From assembly GCA_963802945.1 (NCBI GenBank), contig CAWDKY010000030.1, forward strand, positions 128,001 to 192,000: DNA of 64,000 bases. The letters are read 5' to 3'. The stretch is from an uncultured delta proteobacterium. GTDB lineage: Bacteria; Desulfobacterota; RBG-13-43-22. The notes under the pieces are model-generated. The model saw only the letters and a list, made by a program, of their open reading frames with translations. It was not told the origin of the DNA and did no database searches. The translations under genes were made by a program, and so were the position numbers. Below, piece after piece: positions 1-11,475 of the stretch. Within the stretch, counting starts at the first letter, position 1; every line of letters starts with the position of its first letter.

Positions 1-872
1 AGTTCACGGGTCTTATCTGATTTCAAAACGGTCCGTATTTTATCCTGAACCTTTTCCACAGGCAGAGGTTTATTGGTCTTTGTATCGAGAAATTTTTGCT
101 GGTTTTGTTGATAATATTCCTGAACCTCTTTGTCAGTCACCGTCACCTTGGAATCAAAATCTTTCGGGTTGGTATCCAGATAAGCCATCCGAACCTGAAC
201 CGGTGTTCGATATCGGGACTGATTCTGGTTAAAATAGGTTTTTAATTGTTCCTGGGTAATAACGATCTGATTCTTATAGTCCTCCTTTTTAAAAGGCAAA
301 AAGTAGGCATTAACTTCATCGTTCAGGAAGGAATAAAAATAGCGGATCTCTTCCGGTTCGATCTTGACAAAATCAGTTAAGAAAGTGTTGACCCGTTCCA
401 GAAGCATGGCCGTTTTTTGTTCGGCCTCAAACATTTCGGGAGTCATACGCTTCATCTGCAGCATTCTTTTATATTTAAAAAGACTAAATTTGCCGTTTTC
501 CTGAAAATACGGCATCTGTTGTATGGTTCGGGCCAGTTCATCCGAAGTCACCGAAAACCCCAAAGCCTTTCCCGTCTCCAGAATAAGCCTTTTTTCTATC
601 AGGCCTTCCAGAACTTTTTTCTTGAATTCCGGGGAATACATGGTCTTTTCATCTAAGGATTGGCCATAAACATCTTTGATCCTATCCAGGGTCTCTCGAT
701 AAACTTGTTGATATTCATTAACCGAGATGGTTTTCCCGTTAACCTTGGCCACCTGTGAGGCCTTTTCGTTGCGAAAACTGCCGATCCCCCATAAAGAAAA
801 AACGATAACAATGGCACCAAGGGCCAACTTGATGATCCAAGATTGGGCATGTTTCCGCATCAGACTTAACAT
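1..872 (-). CDS. ppiD: PpiD/SurA N-terminal domain periplasmic chaperone (3' end runs off the window)
   Basis: Hand translation from ATG at 872: MLSLMRKHAQSWIIKLALGAIVIVFSLWGIG...VAKVNGKTIS, a typical SurA_N start. The frame stays open to the window edge, so it is missing from the ORF track. Confidence 0.8.
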   Translation of the reverse strand, partial: MLSLMRKHAQSWIIKLALGAIVIVFSLWGIGSFRNEKASQVAKVNGKTISVNEYQQVYRETLDRIKDVYGQSLDEKTMYSPEFKKKVLEGLIEKRLILETGKALGFSVTSDELARTIQQMPYFQENGKFSLFKYKRMLQMKRMTPEMFEAEQKTAMLLERVNTFLTDFVKIEPEEIRYFYSFLNDEVNAYFLPFKKEDYKNQIVITQEQLKTYFNQNQSRYRTPVQVRMAYLDTNPKDFDSKVTVTDKEVQEYYQQNQQKFLDTKTNKPLPVEKVQDKIRTVLKSDKTRE

Positions 873-954
873 GGCTTAAACCTCTCTAAAATCGTTGTAG
901 TTCAAAGGGTCAATCCCAATAAAGGCGGAATTTTAATTTTTGATCCCTTTAATA

Positions 955-1137
955 TTGATGAACTCGTAAAAAGTTATTAAATCGGACGGCTCAGTAAAAA
1001 GCTCCAGAAACAAGGCGCGCAAACCCTGAGGAATGAGGGCAATCCCGCTGTTGGCGGGATTGATAGGCCTTTTTGTTCGCCCTGCATCTCGTCTCACTCC
1101 CACCCCTTCGGGGCAGTACCCGGCTTCAGCAACCTGT
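955..1137. repeat. Composite intergenic MITE/REP-like repeat
   Basis: ttgatgaactcgtaaaaagt...gacggctcagtaaaaagctccaga..caaggcg, with a nested palindrome caatcccgc-tgttg-gcgggattg (1040-1062) and a reverse-oriented gccccgaaggggtggga segment also seen at ~52940. Confidence 0.65.
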
Positions 1138-1979
1138 TAATATTCCTTGGGTAGGGTATTCAGCTTGGCCAGGGTAAAGACCGGGCCGTCTTTGCAGACG
1201 AATTCCGGGCCCACACTGCACCGACCGCACATCCCGATACCGCATTTCATCCGGTTTTCGAGACTCATGATAATCCGCTCGGCCGGAAACCCCAGTTTTT
1301 CCAGAGCCGGCTGGGTAAATTTAATCATAATCGGCGGCCCGCAGACCAAGGCGTAAGCATTTTCGGCACTCGGGGCCTTCTTTTCAGTAATGGCCGGCAC
1401 AAAGCCGATATTATATTTCCAATCCGGGTCATCGGTCCCGTCAACGGTAATATGGACCTTGATATCGTCCCTGGCTGCCTGGGAAGCCAGCTCATCTTTG
1501 TAAAGCAGCATACCGGGAGTACGGGCCCCATAGATAACCGTAATATCCTTGAATCGGCTGCGATTGGCCGGATCGAGAAGATAAACGATCGTTGACCGAA
1601 GGGTGGTAAAGGCAAAACCCCCGGCCACGATAACGATATTCTTTCCTTCCATCTGGTCCAGCGGGTACCAGTTGCCCATTGGCCCCCGGACCCCCATAAT
1701 ATCGCCTTCTTTCATGTTGTGTAAGAAAGTGGTTACCAAGCCCACCTTGTTTACCGTAAACAAGAGAAATCCCTTTTCAGTCGGCGAGGAGGCGATACCA
1801 ATGGGGATTTCCCCCTTCCCGGCAATGGAAAGTTCGGCAAACTGTCCCGGATGGTAAGAGAATTTATTTTCATCTTCCGGATTAAGAAATACAAACTTAA
1901 ATGTTTTTAGATTTCTGTCTTCGGTTTCGGTAATGATCCGGTCTATGCGGACCGGATAAGGCAGATACGGATTTCCCAC
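1137..1979 (-). CDS. flxA: FlxA/HdrF-like FAD/NAD-binding 2Fe-2S oxidoreductase (AsrB/PyrK family)
   Basis: PGQFAEL, VRGPMGN, CGPPIM and CGIGMCGRC...CKDGPVF motifs; last gene of the hdrA-flx cluster. Confidence 0.85.
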   Translation of the reverse strand: MGNPYLPYPVRIDRIITETEDRNLKTFKFVFLNPEDENKFSYHPGQFAELSIAGKGEIPIGIASSPTEKGFLLFTVNKVGLVTTFLHNMKEGDIMGVRGPMGNWYPLDQMEGKNIVIVAGGFAFTTLRSTIVYLLDPANRSRFKDITVIYGARTPGMLLYKDELASQAARDDIKVHITVDGTDDPDWKYNIGFVPAITEKKAPSAENAYALVCGPPIMIKFTQPALEKLGFPAERIIMSLENRMKCGIGMCGRCSVGPEFVCKDGPVFTLAKLNTLPKEY

Positions 1980-2064
1980 AACTACACCCCCTCTATCAAA
2001 AACAAACTCTTAAATCTATGAAGATATCTCTATTGTAGTGTAACAGTACTTGCTTTAAAGGATT

Positions 2065-2151
2065 GTCATTCCGGACCCCGTATCAAGTGCGGGGCAGGCC
2101 CGATCCGGAATCCAGCATGTTAGACCTGGATTCCTGCTTTCGCAGGAATGA
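2065..2151. repeat. REP-like palindromic element (gtcattcc...ggaatcca / ctggattcctgctttcgcaggaatga)
   Basis: Nested inverted repeats in the flxB-flxA intergenic gap. Confidence 0.65.
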
Positions 2152-2228
2152 TAAATTAAGGCTATTGTAAACATGTTATTGAGACACAAAACCAATTTTT
2201 ATATAATTTAAATTTTCGTTAGGTTTGG

Positions 2229-3270
2229 TCAGGCCTGGTAATCATTCATCAGTTGACCAACGCGCCGGATATCGATATTAACTGGGCAAAATTGCACACA
2301 TCGTCCGCATCCTACGCAGGCCACACCGTTTCCATATTTATCAACATAATATTTAAGTTTATGCATGAATCGCTGCCTGACCCGCTGGATTTTTTCCCCT
2401 CTCGGGTTATGACCCGAACCATGCAGGGTGAACAGCGGATACATACAGGAATCCCAGTTGCGCATCCTGATCCCTTCCGTCCCCTGGACCTCATCCTGGA
2501 TATCAAAACACCAACAGGTCGGGCACAAATAGGTGCAGGTTCCGCAATTGATGCAGGCGAACTGGACCTCATCCCAGAACGGGGCGTTGAATAAATCTAA
2601 TAGCCCTCGATCCTTTAAGTGATCGGTCGGCACCTTCGAGGTTATGGCCGCCTCAGCCTGTTGTTGAATTTTGGTGGCCTGGTTCCGGTCTTCCTCGGAA
2701 GCGGATTTTCCCGGAGAAGTTTTCAACAGCCCTTCCCCTTTCTCCGTACAAGACCGGATCAAATAGTTTTCCCCCAGATCAGTCATCAGGAGATCCAACC
2801 CGGCGGTATCAAAAGGACCGCCACCCACCGAGGAACAAAAGCAGGTCGAGCAAGGATGGTTGCATCCCAGCCCCATAAGCATCAAACGCTCCCGACCTTG
2901 CTGCCACCAGGGGTCCTGGTAATCGGTCATAACAAAATTTTTCCTGACCAGATCATAAGCCCGGGCATCGCAGGGACGAATTCCTGCCAAGAGTCGGAGA
3001 TTTTCTTTTTTCGGAATTCTCTTTTAAGATGTGGGCCTCAGGGTCTTCAGGGTTCAGAGTGAACTTAAACATTCGTTCCGAGGCTGGTTGTACCAGGCCC
3101 TTGGGAGAAAGCCTCGTATTCTGAAAAGAAAAATCAGGTTTGGTTCCCTCCGTCAGAGGGGCAAAGTTGACCTGATCCCCTTCAGCCGCCGGCCCAAGCA
3201 ACTCAAAAGATTTTTTAAGTTCCTCCAGCCAGTCATTCCATTCTTTTTTGGAGATAACTTTTTCGATCAT
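2229..3270 (-). CDS. flxB: FlxB/HdrE-like 4Fe-4S dicluster protein (AsrA family), split by a frameshift near 3005
   Basis: ORF 2953-3270 (N-terminus, SPKGLVQP) plus ORF 2229-2990 (GIRPCD, CINCGTCTYLCPTCWCF, CVGCGRCVQFCP). The break is at an A-run. Confidence 0.85.
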
Positions 3271-3284
3271 AAACGATCCTTTTT

Positions 3285-3371
3285 AGCTCTCAGCAATCGG
3301 CTTTCAGCAGTCAGTTTCCAGCTTTCGACTTTCGAGCAGTGGCTGAAGGCTAAGGCTGTCAGCTATAAGCT
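3285..3371. repeat. Degenerate 7-mer tandem array (agcNNtc...gctNNNa)
   Basis: agctctc agcaatc ggctttc agcagtc agtttcc agctttc, followed by complementary-type gctgaag/gctgtca/gctataa units. Confidence 0.6.
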
Positions 3372-4320
3372 ACTTTATAAACCCTTCCGGGTCATCGGGC
3401 CGAAAGACATCCAAAGGAGGTCTCCCTTCCAAAACCATCCCGGCTTCAAAGTGATAAAGGTCCAGGATGTCTTTTTCTAATTTCTTGGTGAACTGACGGA
3501 CCTTGATTCCCACCGGGCAGGCCCGTTCACAGGCCCCGCAATCGGTACAGCGGCCGGCGCAGTGAAAGGCCCTGAGAAAATGAAAGGTCCGCACATCCGT
3601 GGGATCCAGACTTTTTCCCATCCACTGAGGACGTGATTCGTCGACAAAACAGGTCGGGCAATAACACAAGGGACAGGCATTTCGACAGGCATAACACCGA
3701 ATACAAGGCCGGATCAATTCTTCAAAATATTGCCAGCGGGCCTCGGCATCCACAACATCCACAGCCCGAACGTCTTCATAGCGATCCACCCCTTCTTGCT
3801 CCTTCACTAACTCCCCTGCCAACTCGTCGTAGAGAACGGGGTTGCGGTGAATACAAATGGCGCAATTGTCCTGTAGAAGATCGGCTTTTTTAAACGAATC
3901 TTTAAAATTTTTCCCTTCCACTTGGATCTGATCACCTGTTTCCTCGACCAGCATAGGTTCTTTTCCCCCTAGCCTGGCCCAGACCTTTTGCCGGTCCACC
4001 ATTCCCCGGCAAGGGACACCGATGATGCGGAGTTGTTCCCTCTTGATCTGTCCTTCCTGCAAATGGATGATGATATTTCGGGAATCGCAACCTTTGGCGA
4101 CAATGGCCAACCGCTCCTTCCGTTTGGGTAAATAATTGGCTAGATTAACGCCGCAAAAAGAATCCCAGTAAAGTTGACCAGCCCTGCCTGCCTCTCGGAC
4201 TAATATGGGCTCATTCATCATGGGAATAGTTCCTTGCCGAAAGCCGATGACGGCATCAACCTTTTTTTCGGCAAGCAACCTTCCGGCCATCTCTTGTATT
4301 TTTTTGGTGTATTCCTGCAT
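3370..4320 (-). CDS. flxC: FlxC-like 4Fe-4S protein (FdhB/FrhB-like)
   Basis: KGCDSR, IIGVPC, CIRCYACRNACPLCYC, HCAGRCTDCGACERACP. Confidence 0.85.
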   Translation of the reverse strand: MQEYTKKIQEMAGRLLAEKKVDAVIGFRQGTIPMMNEPILVREAGRAGQLYWDSFCGVNLANYLPKRKERLAIVAKGCDSRNIIIHLQEGQIKREQLRIIGVPCRGMVDRQKVWARLGGKEPMLVEETGDQIQVEGKNFKDSFKKADLLQDNCAICIHRNPVLYDELAGELVKEQEGVDRYEDVRAVDVVDAEARWQYFEELIRPCIRCYACRNACPLCYCPTCFVDESRPQWMGKSLDPTDVRTFHFLRAFHCAGRCTDCGACERACPVGIKVRQFTKKLEKDILDLYHFEAGMVLEGRPPLDVFRPDDPEGFIK

Positions 4321-4755
4321 CTAAGCTACCTCAGGCATTTGCTTGATATAATGTTTGGCCGGTCCCAGGGCCTTGACCGCCTCGGTAACTTCGGTAACCA
4401 CTTGTTGAAATTTGGTGGCTTCAGCCGAAGAAACCCAGGAAAAATGAAGGCGCCCGGATTCGATCCCCATGTGTTCGAGAAGTCCTTTCATCAGGGCGAA
4501 TTTCCGGCGGGCATAATAATTCCCGGCAATGTAATGGCAGTCTCCCGGATGGCAGCCTGAAATCCAGACCCCGTCAGCACCGCGGCGAAAGGAGGCCAGG
4601 ATGAATTTGGGATCCAACCTTCCGGAACAGGGAATGCGAACTATACGGATATTAGAGGGATATTGTAAGCGACTTACCCCAGCCAGATCCGCCCCCCCAT
4701 AACTGCACCAGTTACACAAAAAAGCGATAATTTTCGGCTCAAACGTTTCGTTCAT
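4321..4755 (-). CDS. mvhD: MvhD/FlxD 2Fe-2S subunit
   Basis: AFLCNWCSYGGADLAG, IPCSGR, GCHPGDCHY. Start moved to MNETFEPK at 4755. Confidence 0.9.
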   Translation of the reverse strand: MNETFEPKIIAFLCNWCSYGGADLAGVSRLQYPSNIRIVRIPCSGRLDPKFILASFRRGADGVWISGCHPGDCHYIAGNYYARRKFALMKGLLEHMGIESGRLHFSWVSSAEATKFQQVVTEVTEAVKALGPAKHYIKQMPEVA

Positions 4756-4781
4756 AAGTTTTCCTTCGGAAAAAGGTCTAT

Positions 4782-4871
4782 GGTACAAGGTATAAGGTTT
4801 AAGGTGAAAGGCATCAATTATGGAGTTGGGTTTATCTTTTACCTTGAACCTTACACCTTATACCTTGTACC
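4782..4871. repeat. Hairpin of 7-mer tandem units (ggtNNaa)n ... (ccttNNa)n
   Basis: ggtacaa ggtataa ggtttaa ggtgaaa gg pairs with ccttgaa ccttaca ccttata ccttgta cc. Confidence 0.75.
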
Positions 4872-4875
4872 TTTT

Positions 4876-7800
4876 TTAGGCCGCTTCGATCATGGCAAAG
4901 ATTTGACCCTGATCAAATCCTTTCAGATTAATAGCCCCCGACCGGCAGGAAGCCACACATAGACCGCATCCTTTACATAAGGCCGGATTGATTTCAGCCT
5001 TCCCGGTTCTTTCATTCCAACCTGGTGCTGAATAGGGACAAATTGCAATACACATCCCACATTGACTGCACCAATCCGGGTTGGTCTGGGCCACGGTGCC
5101 GCTTACCTGAATCTTCAATCCGGCTAGCAGGGTAACTGCCCGGGCTACAGCCGCCTGGGCCTGGGCAATGGATTCTTCAATAGGTTTTGGATAATGGGCC
5201 AAGCCAGCCAAAAAAACGCCGTCGGTGGCAAAATCGACCGGCCTCAATTTAGCGTGGGCCTCTACAAAAAAGCCGTCCTCATTCAATGGGACTTTAAATA
5301 ATTGGGCCAGTTCATGGTCCCTGGTTGATACAATGGCTCCGGCCAGGGTCAACAGATCGGCTTCAATCCTGACATCTTGATCCAGGACCTGATCCTTGAC
5401 CGTGATGGTCAGCCCTTTCCCATCGGCCTGCACCTTCGGTTTTTCTTCATGAGAATAGCGGACAAAAAGGACCCCGGCCTCACGGGCCTGTTTATAAAGA
5501 TCCTCCCGTTCCCCGAAGGTCCTCAGGTCTCGGAAGAGGATATAGATATCTCGATCCGGATTTTCTTCCTTCAACTGAAGGGCCGAATGGACCGAATGAG
5601 TACAGCAGACCTTACTGCAATAAGGTCTTTCCGGTTCCCGCGATCCGACACACTGGATGAAAACAATGGAATTCGCCTTCTCGACCAAGGGGTCTTTTCC
5701 GGCCATCTTCTGATCCAACTCCAGATGGGTCAGCACCTTGGGATTTTTTCCGTAAAGATATTCTTCAGGTTTTAATTCCTCGGCCCCAATGGCAATAACC
5801 ACAACGCCGTGTTCCAAGTCTGTGACGGCGGAGGGATCGTCTATTCTTGACAGACGGGTCTTAAACTGGCCTACGAATCCGTCCACCTGGGTTATCTGAT
5901 GCCCGGTGTAAGTTTTGATCCGGGGATGGTCGTCAACCTTTTGCACCAGGCCCTTTAAATATCCCTGAATATCTTCTCCCCTCCAGGTTGTATTCAACTT
6001 GAGGGCTTGTCCTCCCAACTTTGAAGACTTCTCGACCAGATAAGTCTGATAACCTTGTTCGGCCAATTCCAGGGCGGCGGTCATACCGGCTACACCCCCT
6101 CCAACCACCAGGCCGGATTGGGCCACTTCCACCTCCGTTTCCTGCAAAGGTTCTAACAGGGCCGCTTTGGAGATGGCCATACGGATCAGGTCTTTGGCTT
6201 TGACGGTCGCTGCATCTGGATTATTGGCATGGACCCAGGAATTTTGATTGCGGATATTGGCCATTTCAAAGAGGTATTTATTTAAGCCGCTCTCAACCAA
6301 GGTTTCTTGGAAAAGAGGCTCATGGGTCCTGGGTGTGCAGGCGGCCACAACAATCCGGTTCAACCGGTGTTCCCGGACCACCTCTTTCATTTTCTCCTGG
6401 GTGTCCTGCGAACAGGTAAACAGGTTTTCTTCCACATATTCCACATAGGGTAGGGTTTTGGCATAGGCGACCACTTCCGGGACCCTAACCACACCGGCAA
6501 TATTAATGCCGCAGTTGCAAACAAAGACCCCGATCCTGGGACGCTCTCCGGCCACGATACGGGGTTTGGGCACGATCTTTTCCTTGGTCAGGGTGTTTCT
6601 GGCCGAAGAGAGGTTGCGGGCGGCTGCACAAGCCGCGGCGCTGGCCTCCATAACCGATTGAGGGATATCCTTGGGACCGGAAACAACCCCGCAGCCGTAT
6701 ATGCCGGGAACGGAAGTGGCCACCGGCGCAAAGCTATTGCTTTGAATGAAAGAATAATGGTCCAGAGCCAGTCCCAATTGTGTGCTTTGAGCTACGGACT
6801 CCTGTGAAATCTCCAACCCGACCGACAGGACGACCAGATCAAAATCCTCGCTGACCACCTGGCCCTTTTCGGTGACATAAGTGATCCGCAAGTTATCCGT
6901 TCCGGGGACAGGGTTGACCGCGTGGATCCGGGAGCGGACGAAATTCACCCCCTGATCCTTGGCCTTGTTGTAATAGCGTTCAAAGTCCTTGCCGTAGGAA
7001 CGAATATCCATGTAAAAGACGGTGCATTCCAGCTTGTCTTTACTGTGTTCCATGGCAATGGTGGATTCCTTGATGGCATACATGCAACAGACGGCCGAAC
7101 AATAACCGTGGTCGCCATGATTGACATCCCTGGACCCTACACATTGCAGCCAGGCTATCTTTTTAGGCTCCTTTTTGTCGGAAGGACGCACCAAATGGCC
7201 CATGAAAGGCCCTGAGGCCGAGAGGACCCGTTCAAACTCCATGGCCGTGATCACGTTGGGTAATTTGGCGTAGGCATAGGCATCATACTGGGTTGGGTCA
7301 TAGCATTTAAATCCCGAGGCCAGAATGACCGACCCGACCTGCAGGGTCAGGTCCTTCGGCTTATCCTCGAAATTGACGGCCTTGCTGGGGCAAAATTTTT
7401 CGCAGGCCCGGCATTTCCCCTTTTGAAAAAAAATACAATTTTCTTCATCGATAACGTATTTCAAGGGAACGGCCTGGGCATATTTGACATAGGCCGCCTT
7501 ACGCATCCCCAGACCCTCATTATATGCGTCCTTGACTTTTTTGGGACATTTCTCGGCGCATAATCCGCAGGCGATACATTTATTCATATCGATATAGCGG
7601 GGTTTCTGATGTACCTGGACAGTGAAATTTCCCTCTTCCCCGGAAATCGCCGTTACCTCAGATAAAGTGAGTAACTCGATATTGATATGTCGGCCGACCT
7701 CGACCAATTTGGGCGAGATAATTCACATGGCACAATCGTTGGTCGGGAAGGTCTTATCCAACTGGGCCATCCCGCCTCCGATCGAAGGGGATTTTTCAAT

Positions 7801-7923
7801 GAGATAGACATAATATCCCGAATTGGCCAGATCGAGGGCCGCCTGCATCCCGGCAATCCCTCCACCGATCACCATCACCGCTCCAACCTTGTCGCCCTTA
7901 AATTCCTTTTTCTCTGAAGACAT
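4876..7923 (-). CDS. hdrA: Large two-module heterodisulfide reductase subunit A, probable selenoprotein (in-frame UGA at 7723-7725)
   Basis: ORF 7723-7965 (GGGIAG...[12 protein letters not shown]) is in frame with ORF 4876-7707 through [12 protein letters not shown]. Two CVGSR/YCSxVCC modules and ferredoxin motifs. Start MSSEKK at 7923. Confidence 0.9.
7690..7707 (-). promoter_or_regulatory. Putative bacterial SECIS hairpin
   Basis: UUGGUCG-AGGU-CGGCCGA stem-loop with a G-containing apical loop 22 nt after the UGA. Confidence 0.55.
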
Positions 7924-8019
7924 AGGGACTCCTGTTAACTGTTTGTATAGGTAATAATGTGACAAAAAGAATCGTTAGATTCAAAGGTCCAAAGTTCATG
8001 AGTCAAGGAAAACCCAAAT

Positions 8020-8658
8020 TTAATACTTTGAACTTTGCACCTTGAATTTTGAACTGTAAGCCTTGTGTCCTTCGTTTTTTTTCTTATGAATGACCGTCCG
8101 ATTAATTTTGCTCTCGTTTCCACCCTCAACAACCACCTGATCTTTTTTCCCCATTTCCGTCAAATAAACATTGACCCGTTCTCCAGGTTTGGCGTCAAGC
8201 CGCAAACCAAAATAATCAGCGCTGATGGGCAATTCTCGGCCCCCGCGATCAACCAGAACCGCCAGGGAAATACGACGCGGTCTTCCGAAATCGATCAAGG
8301 CATCCAGGGCCGCCCGAACCGTTCGGCCGGTATAAAGTACGTCATCCACCAAGATAATAGTTTTATCATCCAGGCAAACAGGCACTTCCGTCTTTCCGAC
8401 AATGGGCTTGTGGTTTATCCTCGTCCAGTCGTCCCGATAAAGAGTTATATCCAAAGCCCCAGTGGAAACAGCTGTCCCTTTTTGGGCCTGGATAAGCTTT
8501 TGGATTCGATCGGCCAGAAAAGCCCCGCCGGTCCGGATACCGATCAACACCAATCGTTCCGTCTCCGGAGAATCGATAACCATTTGGGCCGCCATTCGAA
8601 TCAGGGCCTCCTGAATTCCTTTGGCGTTCAGCGCAATTCTCTTCTTGCTCCCTTTCAT
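8020..8658 (-). CDS. pyrR: Bifunctional pyr regulator/uracil phosphoribosyltransferase PyrR
   Basis: LIGIRTGG, LDITLYRDD, LVDDVLYTGRTVRAALDAL, VLVDRGGRELPI. Start position is approximate. Confidence 0.9.
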   Translation of the reverse strand: MKGSKKRIALNAKGIQEALIRMAAQMVIDSPETERLVLIGIRTGGAFLADRIQKLIQAQKGTAVSTGALDITLYRDDWTRINHKPIVGKTEVPVCLDDKTIILVDDVLYTGRTVRAALDALIDFGRPRRISLAVLVDRGGRELPISADYFGLRLDAKPGERVNVYLTEMGKKDQVVVEGGNESKINRTVIHKKKNEGHKAYSSKFKVQSSKY

Positions 8659-8762
8659 TCCATTCACCAATCCAAAAAATATAATAAAAAGAGATTTTTA
8701 TCACAGGCCCTTAAAAAAGGTCAAGTAAAATATGGATGTTTTTCATCTTTTCGCTAATTCCC

Positions 8763-8808
8763 TTGACGATCAGGCAATAAATATTTAGACTTGACGTTAC
8801 AAAGTCAA
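8763..8808 (+). promoter_or_regulatory. sigma70-like promoter for lon with an adjacent TTGAC-N8-GTCAA palindrome
   Basis: ttgacg-N17-tagact at 8763-8791; palindrome at 8791-8808. Confidence 0.45.
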
Positions 8809-8948
8809 AGATAATGGTAACAGGGTAAAGGTGTTGGGTTCCCTTGAACCTGAGACCTTAAAGCTTGTACCTCTTCTCATTCTCTTGATCTCTGGAATTC
8901 TACTGTCCTATTACTAAAAAAGGCTTTGTTATCGCTTAGATACAGACT

Positions 8949-11389
8949 ATGGCTTTTCAAGATATTGATTTTGAAACGGAAAAGATTATCGGGGAGCCTT
9001 TTAAGGACTTGGCCCTGCCTTCGGTCCTTCCCTTGATTCCTGTCAGGGACGTGGTTGTTTTTTCCAACATCATCCTGCCCTTGCTGGTAAACAGAGAGGG
9101 TTCCATCCTGGCCGTGGAGAAAGCCGTGGCCCAGGACCGCTTGGTTCTTTTAACAGCCCAAAAAGACACCCTTACCGAAGATCCGAAATCCGAGGACCTC
9201 TATTCTATTGGTACAGCAGCCATCATCCTGAGGACTTTGAAACTTATGGATGGAAGTTTGAAAATCCTGGTTCAGGGTATTACCAGGGTTAGGGTCCTGG
9301 AATATTTGGAATTACGTCCATTCATCCAGGTCCGATTCGAACCGCTATCGGATCAAGTCACACCCGGCAGTCAGGTTGAAACCGAAGCCTTGATGCGCAA
9401 TGTCCGGGAGCAGAGTGAAAAGATCCTCTCTTTGAAGAACATGCTTTCCGCAGACGTCACCGCCATTTTGAACAGCATTGAAGATCCGGGGCAATTGGCC
9501 GATCTGGTCGCTTCGAATTTGAGATTGAAGATAGAAGCTTTCCAGGAAATTTTGGAGCTGTCCGATCCCCTGGCCCGGCTTCAAAGGATCAATGAATATT
9601 TGACCAAGGAACTGGAGGTTTCTACCGTGCAGGCCCGTATCCAGTCCGAAGCTAAAGAGGAGATGGGTAAAGGCCAGAGGGAATATTACCTTCGTGAGCA
9701 GCTTCGGGCTATACGCCGGGAATTAGGGGACTACGAAGAAAAAACAGTTGAATTAAAAGAATATAAAACCAAGCTCGACGGGATGCGGATGCCCAAGGAG
9801 GCCAAGGAAGAAGCCTTAAAACAGGTCGCCCGTCTGGAGCAGATGCACCCTGATTCGGCCGAAACCTCCATCATCCGGACTTATGTGGACTGGATTATTT
9901 CCTTGCCCTGGGACAAAAAAACCAGGGAAAAGATCAAGGTTAAAGAAGCCCAAAAGATCCTGGATGAGGATCACTATGACTTAATAAAGGTCAAAGAGCG
10001 GATATTGGAATTCTTAAGTGTCCGAAAATTGAATCCCAAGATGAAAGGCCCTATCCTGTGCTTCGTCGGGCCTCCGGGAGTAGGAAAAACCTCTCTGGGA
10101 AGGTCCATTGCCCGGGCCTTGGGCAGGAAATTCATTCGTATCTCTCTTGGGGGGGTCCGGGATGAAGCTGAAATTCGAGGTCACCGTCGGACTTACATCG
10201 GGGCCTTGCCAGGAAGAATCCTCCAGGGACTCAAACAGGTGGGCACCAATAACCCGGTATTCATGATGGATGAAGTGGACAAAATCGGTTCGGATTTCCG
10301 GGGGAATCCTGCGGCCGCCTTATTGGAAGTATTGGACCCCGAGCAAAACTTTTCTTTCAGCGACCATTATCTGAATATCCCCTTTGATCTTTCTTCGGTG
10401 ATGTTTATCACCACAGCCAATTCCGTCGACCCTATCCCTTCGGCCCTAAAAGACCGGATGGAAATTATTGAAATAAATGGTTACACCGATGAAGAAAAAT
10501 TAAAAATCGTTCTGGTTTATTTACTCCCCAGGCAACTGAGGGAAAACGGCCTGAAACCTGGGCAACTGAAAATCAGTCGGGATACTATCTTAACCATTAT
10601 CAATGAATATACGGACGAATCCGGACTTCGCAATTTAGAAAAAGAATTGGGCACCATCTGCCGCAAAATCGCCCGGCGGATAGCCGAAGGTGAGAAAAGG
10701 AGCTTTCACGGTTTTCAAAGGAAACCTGCACCGATTTCTAGGCCCACCTCCTTATCTGCCCGATGAAGTCCGGAATCTCCATGAGGTAGGTGTGGCCACG
10801 GGACTCGCCTGGACCCAAACCGGCGGAGAAGTGCTCTATGTGGAAACCATGATCTTGAAAGGAAAGGGGAGCTTAACCTTGACCGGTCAGCTCGGTGAGG
10901 TGATGAAAGAATCGGCCCAAGCGGCCTTGAGTTATGCCCGATCACGATCTGAACGGTTTCATCTCAAGGGTAATTTTTATGAACATATGGACATTCACAT
11001 CCATGTCCCGGCCGGAGCCATCCCTAAGGAAGGCCCTTCGGCCGGCGTTACCCTGGTGACTTCTTTGATCTCCGCCTTGACCAAGATACCGGTCAATAAG
11101 GATATGGCCATGACCGGTGAAATCACCCTTAGGGGCAAAGTCCTGCCCATCGGCGGGACTTAAGGAAAAAACCCTGGCGGCCATCCGGTCCAAGATAAAA
11201 ACCTTGATCATCCCGGAGCAAAACAAAAGGGATTTAATGGAAATCCCCAGATCGGTCCGCCGCAGAATCCAGTTTGTCTTGGTCAAGGATATCGATGAAG
11301 TGGTTGATCTGGCCTTGATGGCCCCAAAACCCAAGGTCAAAAAACTTTTATTGACACAGGAAGATCATTTAAAAGATAAATTTCGGTGA
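8949..11389 (+). CDS. lon: Lon (LonA) ATP-dependent protease, copy 1, with two frameshifts (~10695, ~11158)
   Basis: LON_N domain, [33 protein letters not shown], and KEKTLAA in the third frame. Both breaks are at short homopolymers. Confidence 0.9.
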
Positions 11390-11475
11390 AGATGCGTTCA
11401 GGAATTGAAGAATCCAAAAAATAATAACTTAGTCACTTCGTTACTTGTCACTCTTCATTTTTTAAGGGCTATTCT

